Source: Escherichia coli (GTDB taxonomy: Bacteria; Pseudomonadota; Gammaproteobacteria; Enterobacterales; Enterobacteriaceae). Taken from it: a stretch of 64,000 nucleotides of DNA. The number at the start of each line of letters is the position of its first letter. Positions within the stretch are counted from its first letter, which is position 1. The notes beneath the pieces are model-generated. The model was not told the origin of the DNA, searched no databases, and saw only the letters and a program-made list of their open reading frames with translations. A program made the position numbers and the translations under genes. The stretch lies in assembly GCF_036507355.1 (NCBI RefSeq), contig NZ_AP027877.1, one strand, 5' to 3'. Below are positions 11,248 through 23,298 of the stretch, in pieces.

Positions 11248-12438
11248 GTGACCACCCGACAGCATTCATCGTTTGCTATTGTTTTTATCCTTGGCCTGCT
11301 GGCCATGTTGATGCCGCTGTCGATTGATATGTATCTGCCCGCGCTACCGGTAATTTCAGCGCAGTTTGGCGTACCGGCGGGCAGTACGCAGATGACCCTC
11401 AGTACTTATATTCTGGGCTTTGCGTTGGGGCAGTTAATCTACGGGCCGATGGCAGACAGCTTCGGGCGTAAGCCGGTGGTTCTTGGCGGTACGCTGGTGT
11501 TTGCCGCCGCCGCGGTGGCGTGTGCGTTGGCACAAACCATCGATCAGCTGATTGTGATGCGTTTCTTCCACGGGCTGGCGGCGGCTGCGGCCAGCGTGGT
11601 TATCAACGCTTTGATGCGTGATATCTACCCGAAAGAAGAGTTCTCGCGGATGATGTCGTTTGTCATGCTGGTGACAACCATTGCACCGCTGATGGCACCG
11701 ATAGTTGGCGGCTGGGTGCTGGTGTGGCTGAGCTGGCATTACATCTTCTGGATCCTCGCCGTGGCGGCGATTCTGGCTTCGGCAATGATCTTCTTTCTGA
11801 TCAAAGAAACCTTACCACCGGAGCGTCGCCAGCCTTTTCACATTCGTACCACTATTGGTAACTTTGCGGCGCTGTTCCGTCATAAGCGTGTCCTGAGTTA
11901 TATGCTGGCCAGTGGTTTCAGCTTTGCCGGGATGTTCTCGTTCTTAAGCGCCGGACCGTTTGTCTACATTGAAATTAACCACGTCGCGCCGGAAAACTTT
12001 GGTTATTACTTTGCACTAAACATTGTTTTCCTGTTCGTGATGACCATCTTTAATAGCCGCTTCGTCCGCCGTATTGGCGCGTTAAATATGTTCCGCTCGG
12101 GGTTGTGGATACAATTTATTATGGCAGCGTGGATGGTCATCAGTGCGCTGCTGGGGCTGGGATTTTGGTCGCTGGTGGTTGGCGTTGCGGCGTTTGTGGG
12201 CTGCGTGTCGATGGTGTCATCCAATGCGATGGCGGTCATTCTTGATGAGTTTCCCCATATGGCGGGAACGGCATCTTCGCTGGCAGGAACCTTCCGTTTT
12301 GGCATAGGGGCAATTGTTGGCGCATTGCTTTCTCTTGCGACCTTTAACTCTGCATGGCCGATGATTTGGTCAATTGCATTCTGCGCAACCAGCTCCATTC
12401 TCTTCTGTCTGTACGCCAGTCGGCCGAAAAAACGGTGA
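11248..12438 (+). CDS. bcr: MFS bicyclomycin/multidrug efflux protein Bcr (GTG start)
   Basis: 396-aa ORF with 12 TM segments and MFS signature; K-12 synteny. Confidence 0.9.
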   Translation: MTTRQHSSFAIVFILGLLAMLMPLSIDMYLPALPVISAQFGVPAGSTQMTLSTYILGFALGQLIYGPMADSFGRKPVVLGGTLVFAAAAVACALAQTIDQLIVMRFFHGLAAAAASVVINALMRDIYPKEEFSRMMSFVMLVTTIAPLMAPIVGGWVLVWLSWHYIFWILAVAAILASAMIFFLIKETLPPERRQPFHIRTTIGNFAALFRHKRVLSYMLASGFSFAGMFSFLSAGPFVYIEINHVAPENFGYYFALNIVFLFVMTIFNSRFVRRIGALNMFRSGLWIQFIMAAWMVISALLGLGFWSLVVGVAAFVGCVSMVSSNAMAVILDEFPHMAGTASSLAGTFRFGIGAIVGALLSLATFNSAWPMIWSIAFCATSSILFCLYASRPKKR

Positions 12439-12772
12439 TCTATTGCACAACGAGGAAGCTAAAAGGCTTCCTTTGTTGATGCATGTCAACCACAAATCTA
12501 TCATTCCCCCCCGATATATGTTTATTTTATGTAAAATCAATTTATGTAAAAAGTCACATCATTGTAGTTAAAAAGGTTGAGTTAGATCGCAGAAACGGGT
12601 ACATATAGCCCCGCAAACGTGACCACGCCCGCAGATATTACTTAAATCAGAGCCATAGAGGCCACGCAGGCGAGGCATCAATCTTTACGATCTGTATAAA
12701 GACGGATTGTTGATGATGTGTTAAAATTGATGTAAATAAATTGTGAAGTAAATGTGCTTCCGGGGAAAATAA

Positions 12773-13117
12773 GTGACTTCATTACAACTCTCAATCGTCC
12801 ATCGACTGCCGCAGAACTATCGCTGGTCTGCTGGTTTCGCAGGTTCGAAGGTTGAACCGATTCCGCAAAATGGACCGTGCGGTGACAACAGCCTGGTGGC
12901 GCTTAAATTGCTTAGCCCGGATGGTGATAATGCATGGTCGGTGATGTATAAACTAAGCCAGGCGTTAAGCGACATCGAAGTTCCATGTTCGGTGCTGGAG
13001 TGTGAAGGTGAGCCGTGCCTGTTTGTAAATCGCCAGGACGAGTTTGCTGCAACATGCCGATTGAAAAATTTTGGTGTGGCAATTGCCGAACCCTTTTCAA
13101 ACTACAATCCTTTTTAA
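12773..13117 (+). CDS. yejG: Uncharacterised protein YejG (GTG start)
   Basis: 114-aa [21 protein letters not shown]; preceded by an AT-rich 330-bp intergenic region. Confidence 0.8.
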
Positions 13118-13120
13118 GCG

Positions 13121-14710
13121 TCAGCTCAACGCCAGTAGCTGACGCGTATACTCCTGCTGCGGTGTGGCAAACACGCGCGCGCACGGTCCTTGTTCCACTA
13201 CTTCCCCTTGTCGCAGTACGATAACCTGATGACATAACGCGCGGACAACGTGCAAATCGTGGCTGATAAACAAATAGGCCAGTTGATGCTTTTGTTGCAA
13301 TGATTTCAATAGCGTCAATATTTGCGCCTGTACCGTTTTGTCGAGTGATGATGTCGGTTCATCAAGTATGATCAGCGAGGGCTTAAGAATTAATGCCCTG
13401 GCAATCGCAATACGTTGTCGCTGACCACCAGAGAACTCCGCCGGATAACGCTGGCGTGTTTCAGGATCTAATCCCACTTCATGCATCACGGCTATCACTT
13501 GTTGTTCGCGTTGTGCGGCAGAAAGCGTCGGCTGGTGAACCCGTAAGCCTTCCTCAATAATCTGCAAAACGTTGAGTCGTGGGTTGAGCGAGGAGTTTGG
13601 ATCCTGAAATACCACCTGAATGCGATGACGAATAGGTAACAGCTGGCGGCGATTTAAATTTTGCAGTGGCTGACCGTCAAAGACGATGCTGCCCTGAGAG
13701 TTAATCAGTCGCAGCAGCGCCAGTCCCGTCGTGCTTTTCCCGGAACCAGACTCGCCCACTAAACCCAGTGTTTCACCCGCTCGTAGCGTAAAACTGATGT
13801 TTTTCACCACCACATTATGATCCACAATGCGCTTCAAAATCCCTTTGCGAATGGGGAAGGCAACCTGAAGCTGTTCAACATCCAGCAACGTTGAGGCAGG
13901 TTCTGGCAACGGCACTGGATCGCCTGACGGTTCACTGTTGAGTAGCTTTTGTGTGTAAGGATGAGTGGGTGAGGCAAATAGCGTAGCGGCGTTATTTTGC
14001 TCGACACAGCGACCGTTTTGCATTACCGCCACGCGGTGGGCCAGTTTTCTGACAATGCTGAGGTTATGAGTAATAAACAGCATGCCCATATTCAGCTCGC
14101 CTTGCAGTTCGCGCAACAGCTGTAAAATCTGCGCCTGGACAGAGACGTCCAGTGCGGTGGTCGGTTCATCGGCAATTAATAATTCCGGTCGCGTTAACAG
14201 CGCCATCGCAATCATCACCCGCTGGCGTTCGCCGCCGGAGAGCTGATGCGGATAATCTGTCAGCCGTTTTGCCGCCTGGCGGATACCAACGCGATCAAGG
14301 CAGTTAAGAATTTCGCCACGAGCCGCTTCCCGACGCATCCCGCGGTGGAGTGAAAGCACTTCATAAAGCTGTTTTTCCAGGGTATGCAATGGATTTAACG
14401 ACACCATCGGCTCCTGAAAAATCATGGCGATCTTATTACCGCGTACACCGCGCAACGTTTGATCGCTGGCATGAAGCAGCGATTCGCCATGAAAACGAAT
14501 ATCGCCGGAGAGATATTCAACCGGCGGGGAAGGGAGCAGGCGTAAAATTGACAGCGCGGTAACGCTTTTGCCTGAACCTGACTCACCCACCAGCGCCAGC
14601 GTTTCGCCAGCCTCAATCTGTAGTGAAACATCATTGACTACTGTACGTACGGTTTGCTGATGGCGAAAACCCACCGATAAATCTTCAATCGCTAACAGAG
14701 TTTGCGTCAT
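13121..14710 (-). CDS. yejF: ABC transporter ATPase with duplicated ATP-binding domains (microcin C/peptide uptake) YejF
   Basis: Two Walker A motifs (GESGSGKS twice) and two LSGG signatures; start placed at [11 protein letters not shown]. Confidence 0.9.
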   Translation of the reverse strand: MTQTLLAIEDLSVGFRHQQTVRTVVNDVSLQIEAGETLALVGESGSGKSVTALSILRLLPSPPVEYLSGDIRFHGESLLHASDQTLRGVRGNKIAMIFQEPMVSLNPLHTLEKQLYEVLSLHRGMRREAARGEILNCLDRVGIRQAAKRLTDYPHQLSGGERQRVMIAMALLTRPELLIADEPTTALDVSVQAQILQLLRELQGELNMGMLFITHNLSIVRKLAHRVAVMQNGRCVEQNNAATLFASPTHPYTQKLLNSEPSGDPVPLPEPASTLLDVEQLQVAFPIRKGILKRIVDHNVVVKNISFTLRAGETLGLVGESGSGKSTTGLALLRLINSQGSIVFDGQPLQNLNRRQLLPIRHRIQVVFQDPNSSLNPRLNVLQIIEEGLRVHQPTLSAAQREQQVIAVMHEVGLDPETRQRYPAEFSGGQRQRIAIARALILKPSLIILDEPTSSLDKTVQAQILTLLKSLQQKHQLAYLFISHDLHVVRALCHQVIVLRQGEVVEQGPCARVFATPQQEYTRQLLALS

Positions 14711-14711
14711 G

Positions 14712-15737
14712 CTACACCGCCTTATTAGGATCAAATGCGTCGCGGACGGCTTCACCAATAAAGATCAGCAAAGACAATAATATCGCCACCGACAAGAAGG
14801 CGGTGATCCCAAGCCACGGAGCCTGAAGGTTATTTTTCCCTTGTAACAGCAGTTCACCGAGTGACGGTGAACCGAGCGGCAGACCGAAGCCGAGGAAATC
14901 GAGTGAGGTCAGGGTGGTAATCGAACTACATAAAATAAACGGTAAAAAGGTGAGGGTCGCGACCATGGCATTTGGCAACATATGACGCAGGATGATACTG
15001 CGATCGCTGACGCCAAGCGCCTGCGCCGCACGAATGTAGTCGAAATTACGGGTACGTAAAAACTCCGCCCGCACCACGCCGACCAGGCTCATCCAGCCAA
15101 ACAAGACAGTAATTGCCAGCAGCCACCAGAAGTTAGGCTGTACGACGCTGGAAAGTAAAATAATCAAAAACAGCGTCGGCATCCCCGACCATACTTCAAT
15201 AAAGCGTTGCCCCCAGAGATCGACTTTACCGCCGTAATAGCCTTGTAGCGCCCCCGCCAGCACGCCCATCACGCTGGAACAGAGAGTCAGCATCAGGCCA
15301 AACAGAACCGAGATCCGCGTGCCATAGAGAATACGTGCCAGCACATCGCCGCCGTTGGCATCCGTTCCCAGCCAGTTTTGCCGGGAAGGTGGGGAAGGGA
15401 AGGGCTTATCGGTAGCAAAGTTGATACTGGTAGCACCAAAGCGAATCGGTGCCCACAGTACCCAGCCGTTATTTTCCAGCCGCTCTTTCAGCCACGGGTC
15501 CTGATAATCAGCCTTACTTGCCAACGGGCCGCCAAAATCGCTTTCGCTGTAGTTTTTCAACAACGGGAAATACCAACTGCCGTCATAACGCACCAGCAAC
15601 GGTTTATCGTTGGCGATAAGTTCAGAACATAAACTCAAACCAAACAAGACGAGGAAAATCCATAACGACCAGTAGCCGCGACGGTTATGACGAAAACGCG
15701 CCCAACGGGCCTGGTTGACGGGGCTGAGTCGCGACAT
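14712..15737 (-). CDS. yejE: ABC transporter permease YejE
   Basis: 341-aa polytopic ORF of the BPD-transporter permease type; 1-nt overlap with yejB. Confidence 0.9.
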   Translation of the reverse strand: MSRLSPVNQARWARFRHNRRGYWSLWIFLVLFGLSLCSELIANDKPLLVRYDGSWYFPLLKNYSESDFGGPLASKADYQDPWLKERLENNGWVLWAPIRFGATSINFATDKPFPSPPSRQNWLGTDANGGDVLARILYGTRISVLFGLMLTLCSSVMGVLAGALQGYYGGKVDLWGQRFIEVWSGMPTLFLIILLSSVVQPNFWWLLAITVLFGWMSLVGVVRAEFLRTRNFDYIRAAQALGVSDRSIILRHMLPNAMVATLTFLPFILCSSITTLTSLDFLGFGLPLGSPSLGELLLQGKNNLQAPWLGITAFLSVAILLSLLIFIGEAVRDAFDPNKAV

Positions 15738-16831
15738 TAACGTCCCTCAAAATCTATACGCGGATCGACCAGCGTATAGCTGATATCACTGACAATATTC
15801 AGCAGCAGGCCAATCAGGGTGAAAATATACAAGGTACCAAACATTACAGGATAATCGCGCGAGACGGTCGCTTCGTAGCCCAGTAAGCCAAGACCATTGA
15901 GTGAAAACATCACCTCAATCAGCAGCGAGCCGGTAAAAAACATGCTGATAAACGTCGCCGGAAAACCGGCAATCACCAGCAGCATGGCGTTGCGGAACAC
16001 ATGTTTCCAGAGAATATTTTTTTCACTTACCCCTTTCGCACGCGCAGTCACCACGTATTGCTTGCGCACTTCATCAAGGAATGAGTTTTTGGTCAGCATG
16101 GTCAGCGCCGCAAAGCCACCAATCACTGTCGCCAGCACCGGCAGCGTGATATGACACAGATAATCGGTGATTTTCTGATACCACGGCAGCGAATCAAAGT
16201 TAGCGGAAACCAGGCCGCGTAGAGGGAACAGGTCGAAATAGCTGCCGCCTGCGAAGAAGACAATCAGCAGGATGGCAAACAAAAAGGCCGGAATAGCGTA
16301 GCCGATGATGATAAATGCGCTACTCCAGACGTCAAAGCGGCTCCCATTATAAACAGCTTTGCGAATGCCTAACGGAATCGACACCAGATAGATAATCAGC
16401 GTGCTCCACAATCCGAGGATGATGGAAACCGGCAGACTGTCTTTAATCAGCGTCAGCACCGAGGCGCTGCGAAACAGGCTATCGCCAAAATCAAAGCGGA
16501 TATAGTCCCAGAGCATTTTGAAGTAACGTTCGTGGATCGGCTTATCGAAACCGTAGCGATGAGTGATCTCGGCGATCACTTCTGGATCTAATCCGCGTCC
16601 GCCACGGTAATTACTGTCGCTGATATTACCGACGCCCGTTTGCGCATGGCTGGCGCGAACGCCTTCACCGCCTGCGCCGGGTAATACTCCGGCATTACCA
16701 AACTCAATGGCGGCGATGGCCTGGTCGACCGGACCGCCAGGCGCAATTTGCACGATGAAAAAGTTGATAGTGATAATCGCCCATAACGTTGGGATCACCA
16801 GCAACAGACGGCGAATCAGATAAGCGCCCAT
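15737..16831 (-). CDS. yejB: ABC transporter permease YejB
   Basis: 364-aa ORF, DppB/OppB-like permease. Confidence 0.9.
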   Translation of the reverse strand: MGAYLIRRLLLVIPTLWAIITINFFIVQIAPGGPVDQAIAAIEFGNAGVLPGAGGEGVRASHAQTGVGNISDSNYRGGRGLDPEVIAEITHRYGFDKPIHERYFKMLWDYIRFDFGDSLFRSASVLTLIKDSLPVSIILGLWSTLIIYLVSIPLGIRKAVYNGSRFDVWSSAFIIIGYAIPAFLFAILLIVFFAGGSYFDLFPLRGLVSANFDSLPWYQKITDYLCHITLPVLATVIGGFAALTMLTKNSFLDEVRKQYVVTARAKGVSEKNILWKHVFRNAMLLVIAGFPATFISMFFTGSLLIEVMFSLNGLGLLGYEATVSRDYPVMFGTLYIFTLIGLLLNIVSDISYTLVDPRIDFEGR

Positions 16832-18652
16832 CTACTCTCCCTGTTGTCTGGCTGACGGCAGTTTGGCCGCTTTATTAACATCATACCACCAGGTATCGAT
16901 ACCCAGACTGTAAACAGGGCGCACAGCGGGTTGGGAGAATTTATCCCACCAGGCGAGACGGTCTTCCGCCATGTACCACATTGGCAGCATGTAATAATTC
17001 CACGTTAATACGCGATCCAGTGCTCGCCCTAACGGTAGTAATTTTTCTTTATTTCCCTGCGCGGCAATAATTTGGTTGATCAGCGAGTCGATAACCGGGC
17101 TTTGCACGCCGGGGGCATTATAAGTGGAATTGATATATTCCGATGACCAGGAAATCTGTAAATCGGAACTGGGCCACGGCATCGCCCGCCATAGGCGCGG
17201 CATCATGTCATAGTCGCGACTGCGCATGCGGTTGGTGATTTGCGAGTTATCCACCTTGTGAATGTCCATGTTGATACCCAGCCGTTGCAGGCTGTGCTGG
17301 AACGGCAATACCCACTGACTATTGCTGCTTGCGGGAAGCAATAATTCAAAGCTGAGCGGCTGACCCGTTGTGGCATTAACGCGTTGCTGACCCTTCAGCA
17401 CCCAGCCCGCTTCGTTGAGAAGTTTGTCGGCTTTTAACAGGTTGTCACGATCGTAGCCATCGCCTTTGGATACCGGCGGCTGGTAGATTTGTGTGAAGAC
17501 TTCTGGCGGTAGATCTTTTTTCATTGGTGCCAGAAGCACCAGCTCCGCGGCGTCGGGGTAATTTCTGGCCGCGTATTCGGTATTCTGAAAATAACTGTTC
17601 GTGCGACTCCAGGCATTGTAAAACAACGCCTTGTTCATCCATTCAAAGTCAAAGGCGAGAGTGATTGCTTCCCGCACCCGGCGATCGCTGAATACTGGAC
17701 GTTGGATATTAAACGCCAGCCAGCGCGTATCCTGGGCTGATTCGTTCTTTTGCTCATCTTTGATGATGTATTTTTTATCGAAATTTTTACCGGTATAACG
17801 CGTGGCCCAGTTTTTAGCGTCGTTTTCCATACGCAAATCAAAAGCACCTGCTTTAAACGCTTCAAAGGCGACATTATCATCGAGGTAATAATCGTAGCGA
17901 ATGGTGTCGAAATTCCAGCGTCCACGGTTTACCGGTAAGTTTGCTGCCCAGTAATCTTTCACGCGGGAATAGACAATATTTTGCCCCATTTTCCAGGACG
18001 TAATTCGGTACGGACCACTGGCAAGCGGAGGCGTGGCGAGTGGATCGCTAAGTTTGTGATCCTTCCAGTACTTTTCTGGAAATACCGGCAGCGAAAACAG
18101 ACTTAACATATCTTCTTTGCCGGGTTTAGCTAACTCAATGCGCACGGTTAACGGCGCAATGGCTTTGACGGTGGTGCCTTTGTAGACCAGACGAAATTGC
18201 GGCACGCCTTCGGTCATAAATTTTTGAAAAGTAAACTCTACATCGCGGGCAGTAATGGGCGAACCATCATGAAAACGGGCGCGCGGATTAATAGCGACCT
18301 CCACCCAGGAATAATCGTCAGCATAGCGTGCACTTTCAGCAATCAGCGGGTAATAACTGCCTGGTTCGTCATCGGAAGTCGTAAATAGCGTGTCGTACAG
18401 CTGCTCGGTGCGTGCGCCCGGGTTGCCGCGCAGTGCATAGCGGTTGAAATTATCGAAGGTGCCGAGGGCTGACAACGTTATCTGCCCACCTTTTGGCGCG
18501 GCGGGGTTCACATAATCAAAATGGTTGAAATTAAACGCGTACCGGGGTTCGCCCAGCACGGCAAAGGCATAGCTTTCCTTGATAGCCTGCGCCTGCGCAT
18601 CAAAGGTGAACAGAGCGATAAACAGCAGCAGTATGCGCACAATCATCTGCAA
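16832..18652 (-). CDS. yejA: Periplasmic oligopeptide/microcin C-binding protein YejA (SBP family 5)
   Basis: 606-aa ORF with signal peptide and OppA-like fold; first gene of yejABEF. Confidence 0.88.
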   Translation of the reverse strand: MQMIVRILLLFIALFTFDAQAQAIKESYAFAVLGEPRYAFNFNHFDYVNPAAPKGGQITLSALGTFDNFNRYALRGNPGARTEQLYDTLFTTSDDEPGSYYPLIAESARYADDYSWVEVAINPRARFHDGSPITARDVEFTFQKFMTEGVPQFRLVYKGTTVKAIAPLTVRIELAKPGKEDMLSLFSLPVFPEKYWKDHKLSDPLATPPLASGPYRITSWKMGQNIVYSRVKDYWAANLPVNRGRWNFDTIRYDYYLDDNVAFEAFKAGAFDLRMENDAKNWATRYTGKNFDKKYIIKDEQKNESAQDTRWLAFNIQRPVFSDRRVREAITLAFDFEWMNKALFYNAWSRTNSYFQNTEYAARNYPDAAELVLLAPMKKDLPPEVFTQIYQPPVSKGDGYDRDNLLKADKLLNEAGWVLKGQQRVNATTGQPLSFELLLPASSNSQWVLPFQHSLQRLGINMDIHKVDNSQITNRMRSRDYDMMPRLWRAMPWPSSDLQISWSSEYINSTYNAPGVQSPVIDSLINQIIAAQGNKEKLLPLGRALDRVLTWNYYMLPMWYMAEDRLAWWDKFSQPAVRPVYSLGIDTWWYDVNKAAKLPSARQQGE

Positions 18653-18727
18653 CGGATTTCCTTTTACTCATCATTAGCCGCAATCCGGCATGCTTTCACT
18701 ATGAATAATAAGGGACGTAAGCACACC

Positions 18728-20284
18728 TTACCACTGCGGCGTATACGGTTTCTTCAGCCAGCGGACAAAATCGTCCAGCGGTAACGGGCGACTAATCCAG
18801 TAGCCTTGCATGAAATTAACGCCGCGTTCGCTTAGCCATCGCGCCTGTTCCGGCGTTTCGACCCCTTCAGCAACCGTCAGCATATTGAGGCGTTTCGCCA
18901 GCGTCAGCACCGCGTCAAGTACGGGTGAAGTGATCGTTTCCGTACCGATGGCGTTGATAAATCCACGGTCAATTTTCAGATAATCGAGCGTAAAACGCTC
19001 AAGATAGATAAGCGCGCTGTGCCCGGTGCCGAAGTCATCAATAGCAATTTCTATGCCGACCGAGTGCAGCCAGGCGAAGAGTTGTGTGGCTTCTTGCTCT
19101 TTCAGCATATCGCGCTCGGTAATTTCCAGCACAATCTGGAAATGGTGTGCGGGCAGGGAAGTGAGCAGTTTCTGGATATCTGCTTTAAAGCTTTCGCTGT
19201 GCAGATGGTCCGGCGCAATGTTAATACCAAATTTGACGCCTACCGGCAGCACTTTTTCTAATTCTGCGGCATCGCGGGCAATTAACTCAAACAGGTGCTG
19301 AGTCAGCGGCACAATCATCTTTTGCGATTCGGCAAAGTTAATGAAGGCATCCGGGGGAATTTCTCCCGCGACAGGATGCCGCCAGCGTAGCAGTACTTCC
19401 AGGCCCGTTACTCGCAAAGCTTGTGTATCCACCACCGGTTGATACGCCACGTAAAATTGTTCGCGCTTGATGGCGGTCATGATTTCTCTGCCGGGGCGCA
19501 TACGTACGCTCATCAGGTAATAGCAGAGCAGGCCAACGACAGTTCCACTCATGCCGCCCAGTAAAAATGCGTACCACACATCGTTCCATGTCCAGTCATC
19601 TGCATAAAGCCGAACGGTCAGAGGAATGCCCGCAATTTTAGTTTCACGGACTGGCATGTCGGTTAATTCGTTAACGTTCATCAAACGTGAAGAAAAGGTA
19701 GATAGAGCAGTATTGCCAATAATGAGGGCGACGCCATCGTAATCTTCCTGCCGTGAACTATAAAAGAGTGAGGGCGTCAGGTTGAGATTCAGAGCGGCAA
19801 AGACGCCGCTGTTTTTCAGCAAAGGGTTGCGATACCAGATGACGATTGCGGGTTTGTTCGGCACCATCGGCGTGCCGGGTAAGATCGCCATATCGACATT
19901 TTTATTAATGTCGAGCGCCGGAATCAATTCATTGAGTGGAATGTCCATCTCACCGGTCGCAGATGAACAGAATGTTTTTTTATCTTTCACCAGCACAAAC
20001 GTACGGACATTCATGCTAAACGCCGCTCGGGCGGTCAGTTCGGGGTTAGCCTGCTGGCAGGTATCTAAGGTCAGCGGCTGAAGCCGGTCAGTAGTGGATT
20101 TCAGGTCGGCAAAATAGGTATCGAGATACTTTTGTACGTCGGTAATCAGTGTGTCGTATTTGACTTCGTGCTTATGCCAGGCCACCAAAAACTGAAGGCA
20201 GCTCACCAGTATCGCAATCATCACGCCTGCAACAATGCAGGTAAGCAGGAGCTTACGTCCAGAATTGGGAGCGCGTATGAACAT
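18728..20284 (-). CDS. rtn: Membrane-anchored EAL-domain protein Rtn (c-di-GMP phosphodiesterase-like)
   Basis: 518-aa ORF with an N-terminal TM segment, periplasmic region and C-terminal EAL domain (EVLLRW, motifs DDFGTG and EGVE). Confidence 0.88.
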   Translation of the reverse strand: MFIRAPNSGRKLLLTCIVAGVMIAILVSCLQFLVAWHKHEVKYDTLITDVQKYLDTYFADLKSTTDRLQPLTLDTCQQANPELTARAAFSMNVRTFVLVKDKKTFCSSATGEMDIPLNELIPALDINKNVDMAILPGTPMVPNKPAIVIWYRNPLLKNSGVFAALNLNLTPSLFYSSRQEDYDGVALIIGNTALSTFSSRLMNVNELTDMPVRETKIAGIPLTVRLYADDWTWNDVWYAFLLGGMSGTVVGLLCYYLMSVRMRPGREIMTAIKREQFYVAYQPVVDTQALRVTGLEVLLRWRHPVAGEIPPDAFINFAESQKMIVPLTQHLFELIARDAAELEKVLPVGVKFGINIAPDHLHSESFKADIQKLLTSLPAHHFQIVLEITERDMLKEQEATQLFAWLHSVGIEIAIDDFGTGHSALIYLERFTLDYLKIDRGFINAIGTETITSPVLDAVLTLAKRLNMLTVAEGVETPEQARWLSERGVNFMQGYWISRPLPLDDFVRWLKKPYTPQW

Positions 20285-20391
20285 GATTCCGTTAATTTCC
20301 TGAAATTACGACAACATTTAAAAGATAACAATGACCGGACTATAGCCTGGATCAAGACGCGGAAACATCATTTTCTCTGATGAATGAAAAC

Positions 20392-20419
20392 AAAAAAGCA
20401 CTGCCTAAGCAGTGCTTTT
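20392..20419 (-). terminator. Rho-independent terminator aaaaaagcactgcctaagcagtgctttt downstream of mepS
   Basis: Perfect stem with flanking A-run and T-run. Confidence 0.7.
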
Positions 20420-20464
20420 AGTTAACTCGTCAGGATAGCCAAGGGATTGCATCCAAACGGTTTA

Positions 20465-21031
20465 TTAGCTGCGGCTGAGAACCCGGCGTGCTTCGTTGTA
20501 ACGCTTCTTCCAGTACGGTTCATTCATGCTGGAAATAATAACACCACTGCTGGTGGAAGCATGGACAAACTGATTGTTGCCGATATAAATACCGACATGG
20601 CGTCCCGTTGAACCGGCACGGAACAGAACTAAATCACCCGTACGCAAATTACTGCGAGAAACAGATTTACCCATTTCCTGCTGTTCGTAAGTCGAACGCG
20701 GAAGTTCTAAGCCAAATTGCTCACGGAATGTACGCTGTACGAAACCAGAACAATCGATACCTTTTTTAGTGCTGCCGCCCAGACGATAACGTACGCCTTT
20801 CCAGTCAGCATACTGATCCATAATTCGCGATTTTACGTCGACATTACGAACCAGGTTTTCAAATTCATCCTGAGAAGCTTGCAGTGATGATGTTTCACTA
20901 CCCACTGCACGTGTCTCAGGATGCATATTCTTTGCGGTGTTATTTGCACTACATGCAGAAAGCAGAACCGCTACTGCAATCGCGGGAATCCCGCGCAAGA
21001 TATATCTCAAAATCGGTTGAGATTTGACCAT
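20465..21031 (-). CDS. mepS: Murein DD-endopeptidase MepS (Spr), NlpC/P60 lipoprotein
   Basis: 188-aa ORF with lipobox LSAC and the NlpC/P60 Cys-His catalytic core (DCSGFV). Confidence 0.92.
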
Positions 21032-21442
21032 GTTGTTTGTTTTCCCTTGAAGTCCTTAACGACAAATATCGTTATAAAAAAATGCCAAGCGACACGAGAC
21101 TAATTACCTGGGCATGTTGAAACAATTCCTTAAGGCCAAATCTGTGGACTAACGCACAAAATTATATGCTGTGAGGATAATCTACCGCCGAGGCAAAACG
21201 AGTTCGAGATTACCCGATTGGTGCGGTCTTGGCGAGCGGTTTTACATGATTTTTTATAAGAAAAAGTGATACAGAAAGTTAATAAGCGGGATTGGTCAAT
21301 TAAAGTACGATTGAGTGAAACGCATGCAATCCATTCATTTACTTAGAGAATGATTTTTGCTTTCGATGGATGAAAGCACGGTGCGCATCATCAGGATTAT
21401 CCTCACTATAAAAATAAACCTGATGATGTTAATTACTGTGAG

Positions 21443-22156
21443 TTATTTGTTTTGGAAATGTTTGTTTTTTCCCGGTAGTGATTTGTCAAAAAAGGTGATT
21501 AATCGATCACTTAATGGCGTCAGCAACACCCAGGGCAAACCGATCAATATCACGGTCATCGAACCGACAATGATGTCAGTAAACCAGTGTGCGCCAATCA
21601 TTACTCTGGGAAACGCAAAAACCACAAAAATAATAAGGGCGATAAGACCTGCAACTTTGCCGAAATAACGCCACATGAATGCCGAAAAAATAAGCAGCAT
21701 CATGCCGTGATCGCCGGGAAAGCTATCTCGTGAGGCATCTTTCGTGGGGACAGAGAGCAGTTCGCTGACGCGGTTAATATCGGTAAAAGTCAATGTTGGG
21801 CTGGCCCGTTTTACAGGAATTAATGCCTGACCCAGCTGGTTTAATACCACTGCAGTTAATAGCATGACCAGACCAATAATCACGATACGTCGTCTGCCTG
21901 GGGCGTTTTCTTTCAGCCAGAAACTCAGCATCAACATTCCCATCGCCAGCAGTGAACAACCGTCGAAAGCGCGATTGTTGGTCAATGCAACCAGCCACAA
22001 AAAGGCCTTACTTTCGACCAGTTTCTGATTAAAGAAATAAAAAATATCCGCATCAATCGGCAACCAGAATCCATGATTAACGGGAATATACCAGGAAAGA
22101 AACAGCGCGAGGCCGACAATATTCAACAACACTATTTGCGGCAAATTTTTAATCAT
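21443..22156 (-). CDS. lpxT: PAP2-family lipid A 1-diphosphate synthase / undecaprenyl-PP phosphatase LpxT (YeiU)
   Basis: 237-aa polytopic ORF with PAP2 motifs (PSGH, SRDSFPGDHG); start placed at MIKNLPQIV. Confidence 0.85.
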   Translation of the reverse strand: MIKNLPQIVLLNIVGLALFLSWYIPVNHGFWLPIDADIFYFFNQKLVESKAFLWLVALTNNRAFDGCSLLAMGMLMLSFWLKENAPGRRRIVIIGLVMLLTAVVLNQLGQALIPVKRASPTLTFTDINRVSELLSVPTKDASRDSFPGDHGMMLLIFSAFMWRYFGKVAGLIALIIFVVFAFPRVMIGAHWFTDIIVGSMTVILIGLPWVLLTPLSDRLITFFDKSLPGKNKHFQNK

Positions 22157-22194
22157 ATTTTCTCTAATTATCTTACTGAAAAACGCAGGCAACC

Positions 22195-23181
22195 TTACGC
22201 GGTTGTCGCTAAACGAAGCTTCAACAGCGCGCTCTGCAAGGCATTCCAGTCAGCTTCGCTGCTGGAAATCAGCTCAATACGGCTGTCCGGTGGCGCAACG
22301 TTTTGCGTTTCAATGTGCAGGTCATCGCCCTGACGGTTGATTCGCACCAGCCCTTCGGGAATACGCAGCACGCCTTTGACGCGTTCCACCGGTGCAAGTC
22401 GCGCCCATTCCAGAATGCCAATGGTGTCGAATACCGTATCAGCGTCGAATATCCAGCCGCAGGCCTGATATCCTTGCCCGCTGTTCAGACTGCGACGCCA
22501 GCGTTGATGCTCTGGCAGGCTTAACGCTGCTAACCCTTTTTTCACGACATGCTGATGAGAATGCGCGGCGCTGACGGGCAACTCGGCTAAATTGCGACGC
22601 GGCAAATCCAGAAGATGACCGTCAACTTTCCCATGCTCACTGTGAATTAATTGCCGATCGCCACCATTTTGCTGCCACCAGCGCTGTAGCGCTTGCTCGC
22701 TTTCAGGTGTCGCACGGTCGGATTTATTGGCGACAATGATGTCTGCGGCAGCCAGCTGGTCACGGAAGTTTTCATTGCTGGCGCTTTTTTCGTCCAGCAG
22801 CAGGCGTGGATCGAGAATGCACAAGGTGGCGCGCAGATCTATCCACGGTTCATAGACTGGTGCGGTTAACAGATCGAGGATCTGTTTCGGATGGCCCAGC
22901 CCAGTCGGCTCTATCAACAAGCGGTCTGGTTTTCCCTGACGCAGTAAGGTATTCAACCCTACCTGCATGGGTAAACCATTAACGCAGCACATGCAGCCGC
23001 CGGGGATCTCTTTCAGCAGTGCGCCGCTATCGGCGAGCAAAGCACCATCAATTCCGACTTCCCCAAATTCATTAACCAGTACCGCCCATTTTTCGTTGGG
23101 ATCTTTATGGGCTAACAGATGAAGAATCGACGTGGTTTTCCCGCTGCCGAGAAAACCGGTGATGAGGTTGGTCCTGGTCAC
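22195..23181 (-). CDS. yeiR: COG0523 zinc-binding GTPase YeiR
   Basis: 328-aa ORF with GFLGSGKTT P-loop and a CxCC metal-binding motif (GGCMCCVNG). Confidence 0.9.
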   Translation of the reverse strand: MTRTNLITGFLGSGKTTSILHLLAHKDPNEKWAVLVNEFGEVGIDGALLADSGALLKEIPGGCMCCVNGLPMQVGLNTLLRQGKPDRLLIEPTGLGHPKQILDLLTAPVYEPWIDLRATLCILDPRLLLDEKSASNENFRDQLAAADIIVANKSDRATPESEQALQRWWQQNGGDRQLIHSEHGKVDGHLLDLPRRNLAELPVSAAHSHQHVVKKGLAALSLPEHQRWRRSLNSGQGYQACGWIFDADTVFDTIGILEWARLAPVERVKGVLRIPEGLVRINRQGDDLHIETQNVAPPDSRIELISSSEADWNALQSALLKLRLATTA

Positions 23182-23298
23182 AACGGCTCCGCAATACTCT
23201 GGTAAGTTAACTGAGCGTTAATCCTGGCTAAAAACGGCAGAAAAGAGAAGGGGAGAGCGGACGAAGGCGAGCTTCATCCGCTTTAACCGCAGAAATCG

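Noticed and set aside
12374-12571. 65-aa ORF in the bcr-yejG intergenic region
   Set aside because: It starts inside the bcr 3' end and runs into an AT-rich promoter region. It has no RBS and no recognisable domain, and is more likely non-coding promoter DNA for yejG.
21032-21442. 410-bp gap between lpxT and mepS, examined for an inserted gene or sRNA
   Set aside because: No convincing ORF or terminator-bounded structure; the only ORF (21357..21668) runs antisense into lpxT. It is probably just the mepS promoter and 5' UTR.
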